Assembly (NCBI GenBank): GCA_963722185.1
Contig: CAVRKD010000004.1
Span: 130,918-194,917, forward strand
Length of the DNA stretch: 64,000 nt
Origin: an uncultured Actinomycetes bacterium
GTDB lineage: Bacteria; Actinomycetota; Acidimicrobiia; Acidimicrobiales; JACCXE01
Direction: 5' to 3'
Of this stretch, positions 35,836-48,281 are shown piece by piece (the stretch's first letter is position 1; every line of letters begins with the position of its first letter). Under the pieces are notes generated by a model, which was not told the origin of the DNA, did not search any database, and saw nothing but the letters and a program-made list of their open reading frames with translations. The position numbers were made by a program, and so were the translations under genes.

Positions 35836-36789
35836 GTGCGCGGTGGTGATCCAGAGGCTCTGCTCGCGTCGGCCCAGGCCGGCGACCGCGGCGCGATCGC
35901 GCGGCTGATCTCATTTGTCGAGCGCGGCGGCCCCGCCGCCAGCGCCGTCAGCCGCCTCACGTGGTCGGCCGCCCGCAAAGCCAGCCTCATCGGGTTGACG
36001 GGCGCGCCGGGCGCCGGCAAGTCCACGCTCACGAACGCGCTCGTGCGCCTCGTGCGTGACAAGGGTGATCGCGTCGGCGTACTCGCCATCGATCCCTCGT
36101 CGCCGTTCACCAACGGCGCCATCCTCGGCGACCGCGTCCGCATGCAGGACCACGCCACCGACGACGGCGTATTCATCCGCTCGATGGCGACGCGTGGCCA
36201 CATCGGCGGCCTCGCGCTCGCGACACCCGAAGCGGCCCGCGTGCTCGCGGCCGTCGGCTATCCGCTCGTGTTGATCGAGACCGTCGGCGTCGGCCAGGTC
36301 GAAGTCGAGATCGCCGGTGCGGCCGATACCACCGTCGTGGTTGTGAACCCCGGCTGGGGCGACGCCGTGCAGGCCAACAAGGCGGGCCTGCTCGAAGTGG
36401 CCGACGTGTTCGTCATCAACAAGGCCGACCGTCCGGGCGTCGCCGAAGTGCACCGCGACCTCGAATCCATGCTCGACTTCCACATGGCCCCCGGGCCATG
36501 GCGCCCGCCGATCGTCGAAGCCGTCGCCGCCCGGGGCGAAGGCGCCGCCGAAGTCTGGGATGCCATCAACGCCCACCGCGCCCACCTCGTCGAGAGCGGC
36601 GAGCTCGAACGCCGCCAGGCCAAGCGGGCGACCGCCGAAGTGCGCGAGATCATCGTGCGCACGATCGAAGCGAAGGCAGTAGACGCGCTGCACTCCGACG
36701 AGGGCGAGGCGCTATGCGCGCTGGTCACGTCGGGTGAGATCGACCCCCACGCGGCCGCCGAATCGATCCTCGAGAACCTCGACGCGTAG
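35836..36789 (+). CDS. meaB: methylmalonyl-CoA-mutase-associated GTPase (MeaB/ArgK)
   Basis: 317 aa. P-loop GAPGAGKST, ETVGVGQ and NKAD motifs. Confidence 0.9.
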   Translation: MRGGDPEALLASAQAGDRGAIARLISFVERGGPAASAVSRLTWSAARKASLIGLTGAPGAGKSTLTNALVRLVRDKGDRVGVLAIDPSSPFTNGAILGDRVRMQDHATDDGVFIRSMATRGHIGGLALATPEAARVLAAVGYPLVLIETVGVGQVEVEIAGAADTTVVVVNPGWGDAVQANKAGLLEVADVFVINKADRPGVAEVHRDLESMLDFHMAPGPWRPPIVEAVAARGEGAAEVWDAINAHRAHLVESGELERRQAKRATAEVREIIVRTIEAKAVDALHSDEGEALCALVTSGEIDPHAAAESILENLDA

Positions 36790-36797
36790 CCTGGCGC

Positions 36798-37572
36798 ATG
36801 GCTGATTTCGTCACTGTCACGCGCGGCGACGATGGCGTCGCGCTCGTTCGCCTCGATCGGCCGAGGGTCAACGCGCTGTGCGTGCAGTTGCTCGACGAGC
36901 TGGCCGCCGCGGCGAAGGAGTTGACGGCTGACCCGCCGGGCGCAGTCGTGGTCTGGGGTGGCGAGCGCATCTTCGCCGCCGGCGCCGAGATCAGCGAGTT
37001 CGGCGGTCCTGACGAAGCGCAGGTGATCGGTGGCAGGTTCCGCGCCGCGCTCGACGCCGTCGCCGCGATCCCTCGGGCGACGATCGCCGCGGTGAACGGC
37101 TACGCGCTCGGCGGCGGCTGCGAGCTCGCCTTGGCGTGTGACTTCCGCGTCGCCGCCGACAACGCGAAGTTCGGCTTGCCCGAGATCCTGCTCGGCATCA
37201 TCCCCGGCGGCGGCGGCACCCAGCGGTTGCCGCGCCTGGTCGGTCCGGCCAAGGCCAAGGACATGATCTTCACCGGTCGCCGTGTCGACGCGGAAGAGGC
37301 GCTGCGCATCGGCCTGGCCGACCGCGTGGTCGCCGCGGCCGACGTGCTTACCGAAGCGCGCGCGCTGGGCGACGGAGTTGGCGAAGGGCGCGGTAGCCGG
37401 TCAGGCGCTGGCGAAGGATGCGGTCGACCGCGGGCTCGAAGTCGACCTCGCCGACGGGCTGTCGATCGAGCAGGAGAACTTCGTCGAGGTGTTCGGCACC
37501 GCAGACGCGAAAACCGGGGTCGCTAGCTTCTTGGCTAACGGCCCCGGCAAGGCGACCTTCGAAGGTCGCTAA
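36798..37572 (+). pseudogene. enoyl-CoA hydratase (crotonase family), one +1 frame break (37365)
   Basis: ...NGYALGGGCELALACD...LTEARA joins WATELAKGAVAGQALAKDAVDRGLE...FLANGPGKATFEGR in the +1 frame. Confidence 0.85.
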
Positions 37573-37585
37573 GCGCTACGACGTC

Positions 37586-37834
37586 TTAGGAAGCGATGCG
37601 GCGGAGGTTGCGGCGGGCGATGCGACGCTCGTCGTCGTTCTCGCCACCCCAGTAGCCAAGCTCACCTTGACCGCGTGCGTGATCACGGCACGGCAGCAAG
37701 ACTGGGCAGTCCATGCAGATCGTCCGGGCAACAGCTTCGCGGCGGATGCGGGGTTCCTCACGCTCGCCGGCCGGTGCGAAGAAGAACTCCGTGTGGCCTT
37801 TGCAAGCGGCATTGTCTTTCCAGGTTTCGTACAT
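37586..37834 (-). CDS. WhiB-family transcriptional regulator
   Basis: 82 aa. Cys pattern C-x28-CxxCx5C (CKG...CMDCPVLLPC), GYWGG turn and a basic C-tail. AT-rich upstream region. Confidence 0.9.
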   Translation of the reverse strand: MYETWKDNAACKGHTEFFFAPAGEREEPRIRREAVARTICMDCPVLLPCRDHARGQGELGYWGGENDDERRIARRNLRRIAS

Positions 37835-37897
37835 CGTTCACGAGTTTGAAACCAAATTGAGCATCAATCAAACAGTTTGCTGAGATACCCATTATCT

Positions 37898-38356
37898 CTA
37901 AAACCGATGCCGCTGCTCGACGAGGCCAGCAAACCTGGACAAATTGCCCCGCCAAATGCGACGAAGCACCGGCTTTGCTGCGAAAGCGCCTACCACGCCG
38001 CCGAGGTAGAGGGGAAATCGCAAGTCCTCCGTCCAGGAGAATTGGGTCGTTGTTGGGGTCGGTGAGGCGAGTTCGAACACGCCGACGCCTTGGACGATGC
38101 CGTTATGGGAGACCGCCATCCGGACGCCGCCGACCCATTCGGTAACGGTCATCTTGTCGAGCGTCCTCAGCGGGCCGACCTTGGTGCGGCACTCGAAGAC
38201 GGTGCCCTCGCCCCGGCGCTGGTCGGTGGTGAAGGTGATCGACTCGGCGTCGGCCATCCACTCGACGTGCGACGCGATGTCGGCGAGGGCCGACCAGGTG
38301 ACGTCGATAGGGGCGGCCACGACGACCTCACCGCGGATTCGCACTGCGCTCCGCAT
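37898..38356 (-). CDS. SRPBCC (START/polyketide-cyclase-like) domain protein
   Basis: 152 aa. N-terminus IRGEVVVAAPIDVTWSALADI is typical of the fold. Confidence 0.6.
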   Translation of the reverse strand: MRSAVRIRGEVVVAAPIDVTWSALADIASHVEWMADAESITFTTDQRRGEGTVFECRTKVGPLRTLDKMTVTEWVGGVRMAVSHNGIVQGVGVFELASPTPTTTQFSWTEDLRFPLYLGGVVGAFAAKPVLRRIWRGNLSRFAGLVEQRHRF

Positions 38357-38435
38357 CTCTTCCCAGACGGGGCCCCATCCCCGTCCTCCTCCCTCGGCGT
38401 GGGGCCCCTCGCTTCGCTCGCCCCATGCCGGGCCG

Positions 38436-39491
38436 TTACGACGCGGCGGCGGTGAGGCTGTTGGCGCGCAGGGCGCCGGCGGCGTCTTCGGGGGCGACGA
38501 GATTGATCGGCACGCCGGTGCCGAGTTCGAAACCGGCGCGCGTCGTCAGCTTGGGCAGCAGGTGCACGTGCCAGTGGAACCCGCCCGAGGCACGGTACGG
38601 CGCCGCGTGGAACACGACGTTGTACGCCACCTGCCCAACCGTCGCCTCGAGGCGGACGAGGCAGTCGCGAATGGCGCGGCCAACGGCGGCGACATCGAGC
38701 GGCGCGGCGCGGTGGATGTGCGCGTCGTGCGTCTTCGGAAGCAACAGCATTTCGTAGGGCGTGCCGCTCCAGAACGGGCAGAGCGCAACAGTTCTGTCGT
38801 CTTCCTGAACGACACGGTGCCCGACATTGAGCTCGGCCTCGGCGACGGTGCAGAGCAGGCAGTTGCCCTCGAAGCGGGCGAAGCCTGCCTGCTCGTCGGC
38901 CACTTCACGCGGCACGAACGGCATGCCGAGGAGCTGCGCGTGCGGATGTTCGAGCGAGGCGCCGGCCTCGCGTCCCGAGTTGACGATGACCTGGCTGTAC
39001 CGCAAACCGGCCGTGGACGCGTGCTCGGCGACGCGGTCGCGGATGGCGGCCATGACCAGCCCGGCCTGGGCGTCGGACAGCGACGCCCACGGCGCCCGAT
39101 GCTCGGGCGAGAGCACGAGCACCTCGTGGATACCGCTGGCCGGCGCCTGGGTGAACACGGGGCCAAGAGTCGTGACCGCCATCGGCTCGTCACCGGCGAA
39201 GGCGGGGTACAGGTTCGGCACGACGCGCACGAGCCAACTGCCATTCGGTCCGTAGGTCTCCAATGCCGGCGGCATCGCCTCCTCGTTCCCGGGGCAGAAC
39301 GGGCAACGCGAGGGATCGGCCTGGACCTCGAGCGTGGGGTGCACAAAGGCGTCGGGGCGAGCCGCGCGTTCCGCGGCGATCACCACCCACCGACCCGTCA
39401 ACGGGTCGAGCCGAAGCTGGCTCAAAGGAACGTCAATTCGCCGCACATGTTGTTGATGAAGATACCGTCCCCGTGCGCCATTACCTCGCAT
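38436..39491 (-). CDS. GalT-family HIT nucleotidyltransferase (galactose-1-phosphate uridylyltransferase-like)
   Basis: ATG 39491 (ORF open to 39761). CPFCPGNE zinc motif and the HxHxQ active site (EHPHAQLL). Confidence 0.75.
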   Translation of the reverse strand: MRGNGARGRYLHQQHVRRIDVPLSQLRLDPLTGRWVVIAAERAARPDAFVHPTLEVQADPSRCPFCPGNEEAMPPALETYGPNGSWLVRVVPNLYPAFAGDEPMAVTTLGPVFTQAPASGIHEVLVLSPEHRAPWASLSDAQAGLVMAAIRDRVAEHASTAGLRYSQVIVNSGREAGASLEHPHAQLLGMPFVPREVADEQAGFARFEGNCLLCTVAEAELNVGHRVVQEDDRTVALCPFWSGTPYEMLLLPKTHDAHIHRAAPLDVAAVGRAIRDCLVRLEATVGQVAYNVVFHAAPYRASGGFHWHVHLLPKLTTRAGFELGTGVPINLVAPEDAAGALRANSLTAAAS

Positions 39492-39510
39492 TGACAGCCT
39501 CCCGGTAGCG

Positions 39511-40677
39511 TTGTCGTCCGTGGTTTCGCTTCTCGGCCGGTCGACGCGCCGCGATCGTGTGGTCAGCGCGTACGTGCGCCGTGAGTTGTACCCACACGCG
39601 CAGGCGGCGCGCGCGCGAATCGACGCGGCGGCGATCGACGGCGGCCGCCTGCGCACGCTGGCCGATCTGCAGCGGGTCGCGCCAGTGACGCTCTCTGAAA
39701 TCGGGGACGGCGACGACTGGATGGTGCGGCCCACCCGCTCCGAGCTGATGCGTTCCGGCACCGTCTACATGCGGCTCCGCACGGCGTGGGCGTCCACGTG
39801 GGGTCGCTGGTCGGCCTATCTCGCGTCCATCGAGCCGGTATACCGGCCAGTCCACTTCTTCAACGCCGACGGCGTGCCGGTCGGAGCGGCGGCCGGGGAC
39901 CTGGTGCGCCTGGCCGGGCTCGGTGCGGAGTGGTTGCGGCGTCTCGGCGTCGGTCGGCACGAGACCGTGGCGCTGGTCGGTGGCGCCGGCTCGGGGATCG
40001 AAGCGTGGGAACTCAGCGGTGGCACGCGTCGCGCGGGGATTTCTCTGTCCGTGGTCGACGACCCGGCCACCGCGGCGCGTCACAACGTGAACGTGCTGGC
40101 CGGTTCGGAAGACGCGGTACTGGCAGCGTTGCGCGAGGGCGGGTGGCCTGCGCTGCGACTGGTGATCGTGCTCGGTGAATCGGCCGACCGCGTGGCGGCC
40201 CGCCTGCCGAAACTCGGTCTCAACGTCACCGACTCGCTCCGCCGCGCCTGGGCGCCTCCGGGCGCGCGGTCGGTCTGGTTCGAGTGCGTCGGCGGCGCGA
40301 CGTACGGGTGGCACACCACCGCGGCGGCCGAGTTGATCGAAGTCGACGAGTACGCCGAAGTCCTGTGGACCGGACTGGGTTGGGCTGGCACGGTCTTCTT
40401 GCGGCTGCGTACCGACGTGCGCGCCGAACAGATTGCCGACGGCGCCTGCCCGGCGTGCGGACACGTCGGCACGCGCATCGCTCGTGGCGAAGGACGACCC
40501 GCTTTGGCGCGGTGGTTGGTCGCCGACCCACGCGTCGCCGATGTCCGCCTCACGGCGTCGGGCGCCGACGTGCTGCCGGTGCGCGCCGGCGCGAACGCCC
40601 GGCTCGTTACCGACGCCCGCAAGGCGTTCCCGGACCAGGCGGTCTCAGTACTCGGCAAGAAGGCGTGGGCGTCGTAG
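39511..40677 (+). CDS. hypothetical protein, PaaK/F390-synthetase-like architecture (degenerate)
   Basis: 388 aa. The N-terminal region resembles phenylacetate-CoA-ligase family leaders (LRTLADLQRVAPVTLSEI). CPACGH near the C-terminus. I see no clear AMP-binding motifs. Stop overlaps the iscS start (TAGTG). Confidence 0.4.
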   Translation: MSSVVSLLGRSTRRDRVVSAYVRRELYPHAQAARARIDAAAIDGGRLRTLADLQRVAPVTLSEIGDGDDWMVRPTRSELMRSGTVYMRLRTAWASTWGRWSAYLASIEPVYRPVHFFNADGVPVGAAAGDLVRLAGLGAEWLRRLGVGRHETVALVGGAGSGIEAWELSGGTRRAGISLSVVDDPATAARHNVNVLAGSEDAVLAALREGGWPALRLVIVLGESADRVAARLPKLGLNVTDSLRRAWAPPGARSVWFECVGGATYGWHTTAAAELIEVDEYAEVLWTGLGWAGTVFLRLRTDVRAEQIADGACPACGHVGTRIARGEGRPALARWLVADPRVADVRLTASGADVLPVRAGANARLVTDARKAFPDQAVSVLGKKAWAS

Positions 40678-41807
40678 TGACCGCGCCGCGGCGACCCGTG
40701 TACCTGGACCATGCGGCCTCGTCGCCGATGCGGCCCGAGGCGGTGGCGGCGATGCTGCCGTTCCTCGGCGATCAGTTCGGCAATCCGTCCGGTTCGCATG
40801 CGCTGGCGCGCGCGGCGCGCGTCGCCATCGAAGATGCCCGCGACGTGATGGCGGAGGCACTCGGGTGCGCGCCGGGAGAAGTGGTGTTCACCGGCGGCGG
40901 CACCGAGGCCGACAACCTCGCCGTTAACGGCGCCCGACCCGGCCGCCGAGTGTGTTCCGCCGTCGAGCATCACGCGGTGCTGCGGCCGGTCGAGGCGAGC
41001 GGCGGGTTTGTGGTGGCTGTGGATTCCGCTGGCCGCGTCGACCCCGACGCGTTGAGCGCCGCGTTGTCCGGCGACGTCGCCGTGGTGTCGGTGATGCTGG
41101 CCAACAACGAGACCGGGGTGGTGCAGTCGCTCGAAGAAGTCGGGTCCGTCGTTCGTGCCGGCGCACCGGGCGCGGTGCTGCACACCGACGCGGTCGCGGC
41201 GTTCTGCTGGCGCGACGTCGCCGCCGAGGCGGCCGCCGCCGATCTCATTTCGGTGAGCGCGCACAAGTTCGGCGGGCCGATGGGCGTTGGAGCCTTGGTC
41301 GTTCGCGACGTTGTTGATCTGACGCCGATGCTGCGCGGTGGGGGACAGGAGCGCGAGCGTCGCTCGGGCACGCACAACGTCCCGGCCATCGTCGGCATGG
41401 CGGCGGCGGCGGGCGTAACCGTGCGCGAGCGCGGTGACGCCGTGGCCCGCATCGGCGCGCTGCGCGACCAACTCGCCCGCGGGATAACCGGCGCGGTCGG
41501 CGGAGTGGTGGTGACCGCCGCCGAGGCCGAGCACACCGCGGGCACCCTGCACGTGCGCGTCGACGGCGTCGAGAGCGAAGCCTTGGTGTTCGCGCTCGAC
41601 CAGCTCGGCGTGTGCGCGTCCGCGGGCTCGGCGTGCGCCAGCGGTGCCCTCGAGCCGAGCCATGTCCTTTCGGCGATGGGCGTCGACGCGGCGTCGGCCC
41701 GCGGCGCGTTGCGCCTGTCGCTCGGATGGTCGAGCACCGCTGCCGACGTCGACGCCGCACTCGTCGCCGTCCCCAAGGCGATCGAGAACCTGCGAGTGGC
41801 GTCGTGA
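40677..41807 (+). CDS. iscS: cysteine desulfurase (IscS/NifS class)
   Basis: GTG 40677. PLP Lys in SAHKFGGPMG. Catalytic Cys loop SAGSACASG. Confidence 0.88.
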   Translation: MTAPRRPVYLDHAASSPMRPEAVAAMLPFLGDQFGNPSGSHALARAARVAIEDARDVMAEALGCAPGEVVFTGGGTEADNLAVNGARPGRRVCSAVEHHAVLRPVEASGGFVVAVDSAGRVDPDALSAALSGDVAVVSVMLANNETGVVQSLEEVGSVVRAGAPGAVLHTDAVAAFCWRDVAAEAAAADLISVSAHKFGGPMGVGALVVRDVVDLTPMLRGGGQERERRSGTHNVPAIVGMAAAAGVTVRERGDAVARIGALRDQLARGITGAVGGVVVTAAEAEHTAGTLHVRVDGVESEALVFALDQLGVCASAGSACASGALEPSHVLSAMGVDAASARGALRLSLGWSSTAADVDAALVAVPKAIENLRVAS

Positions 41808-42850
41808 AGGTGCTCGCCGCCATGTCCGGCGGCGTTGACAGTTCGGTTGCGGCGGCGCTGTTGCGCGCCGACGGTCACGAAGTCGTCGGCGCCACGATGA
41901 AGCTCTGGGGCGGCCCGTCCGACCAGGGCTGCTGCTCGGTGGCCGACGTCGACGACGCCCGCCGCGTGTGCCACCAGCTCGGGATCGATCATCACGTGTT
42001 CAACTTCACCGACGACTTCGACGCCCACGTGGTGGCGCCGTACCTGGAGGCGCACACGCACGGGCGCACACCCAATCCGTGCATCGAGTGCAACCGCCAT
42101 CTGAAGTTCGATCGCTTCCTCGTGCGGGCGCGCCAGCTCGGCTTCGATGCGGTGGCCACCGGCCACCACGCCCGCGTGACTCAAGCGTCCGGCGGCGGGT
42201 TCGAACTGCGGCGCGGTGCCGACGTGGCGAAGGACCAGTCCTACGTGCTGCACATGCTCGACCAGGCGGCGCTGTCGCAGACGCTCTTGCCCGTCGGGAC
42301 GATGACGAAGCCGGAGGTGCGCGCCCGCGCCGACGCGCTCGGCCTGCGCACCGCCGCCAAGCCCGACAGCCAGGACACGTGTTTCCTGCCGACGCTTGGC
42401 GGACGCGAGACGTTTCTCGGCGCCCGAATTCCGCTGCGTCCCGGCCGCGTCATCGACACCGCCGGCCGTACGGTCGGCGTGATCGACGCCGTCGAGTTGG
42501 TCACCGTGGGCCAGCGGCGCGGCCTCGGCGTCGGCGGTTCGACCGACAATGGCGCTGCCCGCTACGCCGTCGACGTCGACACCGACGGCGGCGTGGTCAC
42601 GGTGGGCACGCTCGACGACCTCTTGTGCGTCGACCAGGCCATCCGTGCGCTCACGTGGGTGGACGGTCCGGTGGCGCACGGAACCGCCGTGTTCGTGCAG
42701 ACAAGCGCACACGGGACGGCGCACCCCGCGACGCTCGCCGGCGACGGCATCGCCTGGCGGGAGCCGCAGCGCCGCGTGGCACCCGGACAGAGCGTCGTGC
42801 TCTACGCCCTCGACGACGACCGCGTGTTGGGTGGGGGGCTGGCCGCGTGA
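41804..42850 (+). CDS. mnmA: tRNA 2-thiouridine(34) synthase
   Basis: GTG 41804 overlaps the iscS stop. PP-loop AAMSGGVDSSVAA. Conserved Cys pairs. Confidence 0.9.
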   Translation: MKVLAAMSGGVDSSVAAALLRADGHEVVGATMKLWGGPSDQGCCSVADVDDARRVCHQLGIDHHVFNFTDDFDAHVVAPYLEAHTHGRTPNPCIECNRHLKFDRFLVRARQLGFDAVATGHHARVTQASGGGFELRRGADVAKDQSYVLHMLDQAALSQTLLPVGTMTKPEVRARADALGLRTAAKPDSQDTCFLPTLGGRETFLGARIPLRPGRVIDTAGRTVGVIDAVELVTVGQRRGLGVGGSTDNGAARYAVDVDTDGGVVTVGTLDDLLCVDQAIRALTWVDGPVAHGTAVFVQTSAHGTAHPATLAGDGIAWREPQRRVAPGQSVVLYALDDDRVLGGGLAA

Positions 42851-42972
42851 CAGAGAAGCAACCGCCGCAACTGCCGCGCCGCGACGCCACGATGCGACAG
42901 GCGCTCATGGCCATCGCCCTCGTGTTCTTCATCGGCGTCGCCCTGGGCTACGTGTTAGCGAGGACATTTTGA
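42847..42972 (+). CDS. possible small membrane protein
   Basis: 41 codons. GTG overlaps the mnmA stop (GTGA) and the end overlaps the dsbA-like start. Single TM segment LMAIALVFFIGVALGYVL. Supported by ORF geometry only. Confidence 0.3.
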   Translation: MTEKQPPQLPRRDATMRQALMAIALVFFIGVALGYVLARTF

Positions 42973-43666
42973 GAGTCGAGATCTGGTCCGACATCGTGTG
43001 CCCGTGGTGCTTCGTCGGGAAGCGCCAGTTCGAGAAGGCGCTGGCCGAGTTCGAGCACGCCGGCGAAGTCGAGGTCGTGTGGCGCGCCTACGAACTGGAC
43101 CCGCGCGCGCCGAGGTGCGCGAGGGGACCTACGCCGAGCGCATCGCGCGAAAGTACGGCCTCGAGGTCGGCGCGGCGCGGGCGGCGATCAGCCGCATCGT
43201 CACCGCCGGCGCCGACGCCGGAATCGACTTCAAGTTCGAGACGATCCGCCCAGGCAACACGTTCGACGCCCACCGCCTCGTCCATCTGGGAGCGGCGCGC
43301 GGCATCCAGCACGCGGTCAAGGAACGCTTCCTCGAAGGCACGTTCTTCGAGGGCGAGGCGATCGGCACGCGCGACGCGCTGCAGCGCCTCGCGGTGGAGG
43401 CCGGCCTCGACGTCGACGATGTGGCCGAGGTGCTCGACAGCGATGCCTACGCCGAGGAGGTGCGCGTCGACGAGCGCGTGGCGCAGAGCCTCGGCGTCAC
43501 CGGCGTGCCGTTCTTCCTCGTCGACGACGCCTACGGCATTCCCGGGGCGCAGGAGCCGTCGGTCTTCCTCGCGATCTTGCGGCGAGCGTGGGGCGAGACC
43601 CACCGCGACATCGAGGTCGTCGCCAGCGGCGATGTGTGCGCCGACGACGAGGTCTGCGAGATCTAG
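42969..43666 (+). pseudogene. DsbA/FrnE-family thiol oxidoreductase, single-base deletion near 43112
   Basis: MRVEIWSDIVCPWCFVGKRQF...YELDPRAP continues as EVREGTYAERIARKYG...GVPFFLVDD in the -1 frame. Confidence 0.85.
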
Positions 43667-44515
43667 TCGACCGAGATCCGGCGTACCGCGGCCTCGCGCG
43701 AGCACGCGGCCCGGCCGCATCGGAGTGAACAGCAGGCGGGCAGAGGCGCCGGACTCGGCGTTACGCCGCCCCTTGCTCAGAACCATCGGCACCTTCTCCG
43801 TCAACACGAGTTCGAGCGCCAGGCCGAGCGCCGCGCCGGTGAGGTCCAGCGAGTCGCTGCCGGCCGGAGCGGCGTGCAATGACTCGATGAGCTTGCGTTC
43901 GAAGAGCACCGGGTCGGTCAACGTCATCGGGTCGTGCAGCACCATTCCTGCCGGAACGAACACCACCCAGCGCCGCGTCAGGCCGTAGAGCGCCCGGCCT
44001 CCGACCGCCGCGGCGCCGCCGCCGACGACGGCCACGACCGCACCCGCGACGTACTCACCGCCGGCGAACAACATGACGGCCGCCGCCGGGCCGAGCACCG
44101 TCGCCACCACCGCTAACCACAGCGGCAAGACGACGATCGGCCCGGGAATGCCGAGCGGGTAGCGGCGCTCGTTGGCGTATGCCGGGCCGTTCAGGAACCA
44201 CTCGACCGTCGCAGATTGCGCGGCCGCGGCGGCGGCGCCGACGGCGACGAGTGCACCGAGAGCCTGCGCGGCACCACCGACGGCGACCGCCGCGCAAACC
44301 CCGACTCCGACGACGGCCAGGCAAGCCGGCAACGCGACACAGCTGGCCACCGCCACGACCGCCCAGCCGATCCACAGCATCGCCGAGGCGGCGAAGCGGA
44401 TGGCGCTCTCCCAGTCGTGGAGCCGGTCGGCGAGTGTCGGTCCGAGGGTGACCGGGAGCAACCCCCACGCGACGCGCAGCAGCCAGGGCCCCGCTTGCTC
44501 GATCCGTTCCCGCAC
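43663..44515 (-). CDS. integral membrane protein (possible +1 frame break near 43695)
   Basis: As sequenced, the ORF runs on to 43088, antisense through the dsbA-like gene. Skipping one base near 43695 gives ...AAVRRISVD-stop at 43663-43665. The 3' end is therefore inferred. Confidence 0.5.
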
Positions 44516-44522
44516 GGCATGA

Positions 44523-47422
<2,900 letters not shown>

Positions 47423-47467
47423 CGGGTTTCCTCCTCGGGGAAGTAGTCCTTCCGTCCTAACACGGCG

Positions 47468-47905
47468 TCAGTGGACCTGCCAGCACCAGTCGTAGGACTC
47501 GGCGGTGCTGCGTGACAACTCGACCAGCCAGTAGACGACCGTCGCGCAGCGGCGGCCCGGCGTCAGCTCCTTGATCTCGGTCCCTTCGCCGGGGGTGAAG
47601 CCCACCGAATTGATCCCCTCGAGCCGGTCGAGCTGGTCCTCGGGGATCTCGATGCCGTCCACGATGAGGATGCCCGTGTAGCCCGCCTTGAGCTTGGCGA
47701 AGATGCGCGCCTGGCGCAGCACGGTCGTGTCCGCCGGGGGCTGCACATCGACCACGTTCTGCGAGTTGGTGATCTCCGTCTTGCGATCGACCGAGGAGAC
47801 AACGCCGATGTACAGCAGCGCCGCGGCGAGGGCGAGCAGCAACGAGACGACGACGCCGTAGCGCGTCACGAAGCGCTTCTTGGCGGTCTGGAGGGACTGG
47901 ATCAT
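47468..47905 (-). CDS. small membrane-anchored hypothetical protein
   Basis: 145 aa from ATG 47905, with an ATGA overlap to the upstream ORF. One N-terminal TM helix. Confidence 0.5.
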   Translation of the reverse strand: MIQSLQTAKKRFVTRYGVVVSLLLALAAALLYIGVVSSVDRKTEITNSQNVVDVQPPADTTVLRQARIFAKLKAGYTGILIVDGIEIPEDQLDRLEGINSVGFTPGEGTEIKELTPGRRCATVVYWLVELSRSTAESYDWCWQVH

Positions 47906-48243
47906 CGCGTACGCCACTCTACGGTGGGGAAGGCGGAAATCGCGCGGCCGAGAAGGACCATCACGACCGCCGCGGCTACCACGGTGGCCGCACGCGGGAA
48001 CAGGGCGCCGCGCACGGACAGCGCGGCCACCACAGCGCCGATTTCCCACAGCCACACACCGAGGTATCCGCCCGGCCGGCGGCGATACGCGCCCCAACAC
48101 AGCGGCAGCTTCAGGGCGAGAAAGACGATGCGAAGCGGCGCGCCGGCCAGCGTGCCCCGGCCGATCAAAACCGCAACCTGAACTAGTACCTCGAGAACGG
48201 CGGCCCCAACCGCGATTTCCAGCCGCCGCGCCGAGGGGTCCAT
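47902..48243 (-). CDS. small integral membrane protein
   Basis: 113 aa with 3-4 hydrophobic helices. Translationally coupled to 47468-47905. Confidence 0.5.
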   Translation of the reverse strand: MDPSARRLEIAVGAAVLEVLVQVAVLIGRGTLAGAPLRIVFLALKLPLCWGAYRRRPGGYLGVWLWEIGAVVAALSVRGALFPRAATVVAAAVVMVLLGRAISAFPTVEWRTR

Positions 48244-48281
48244 GCCACGAGTCTCGCCGGTTGCCTAGGTACGGTGGTGTC

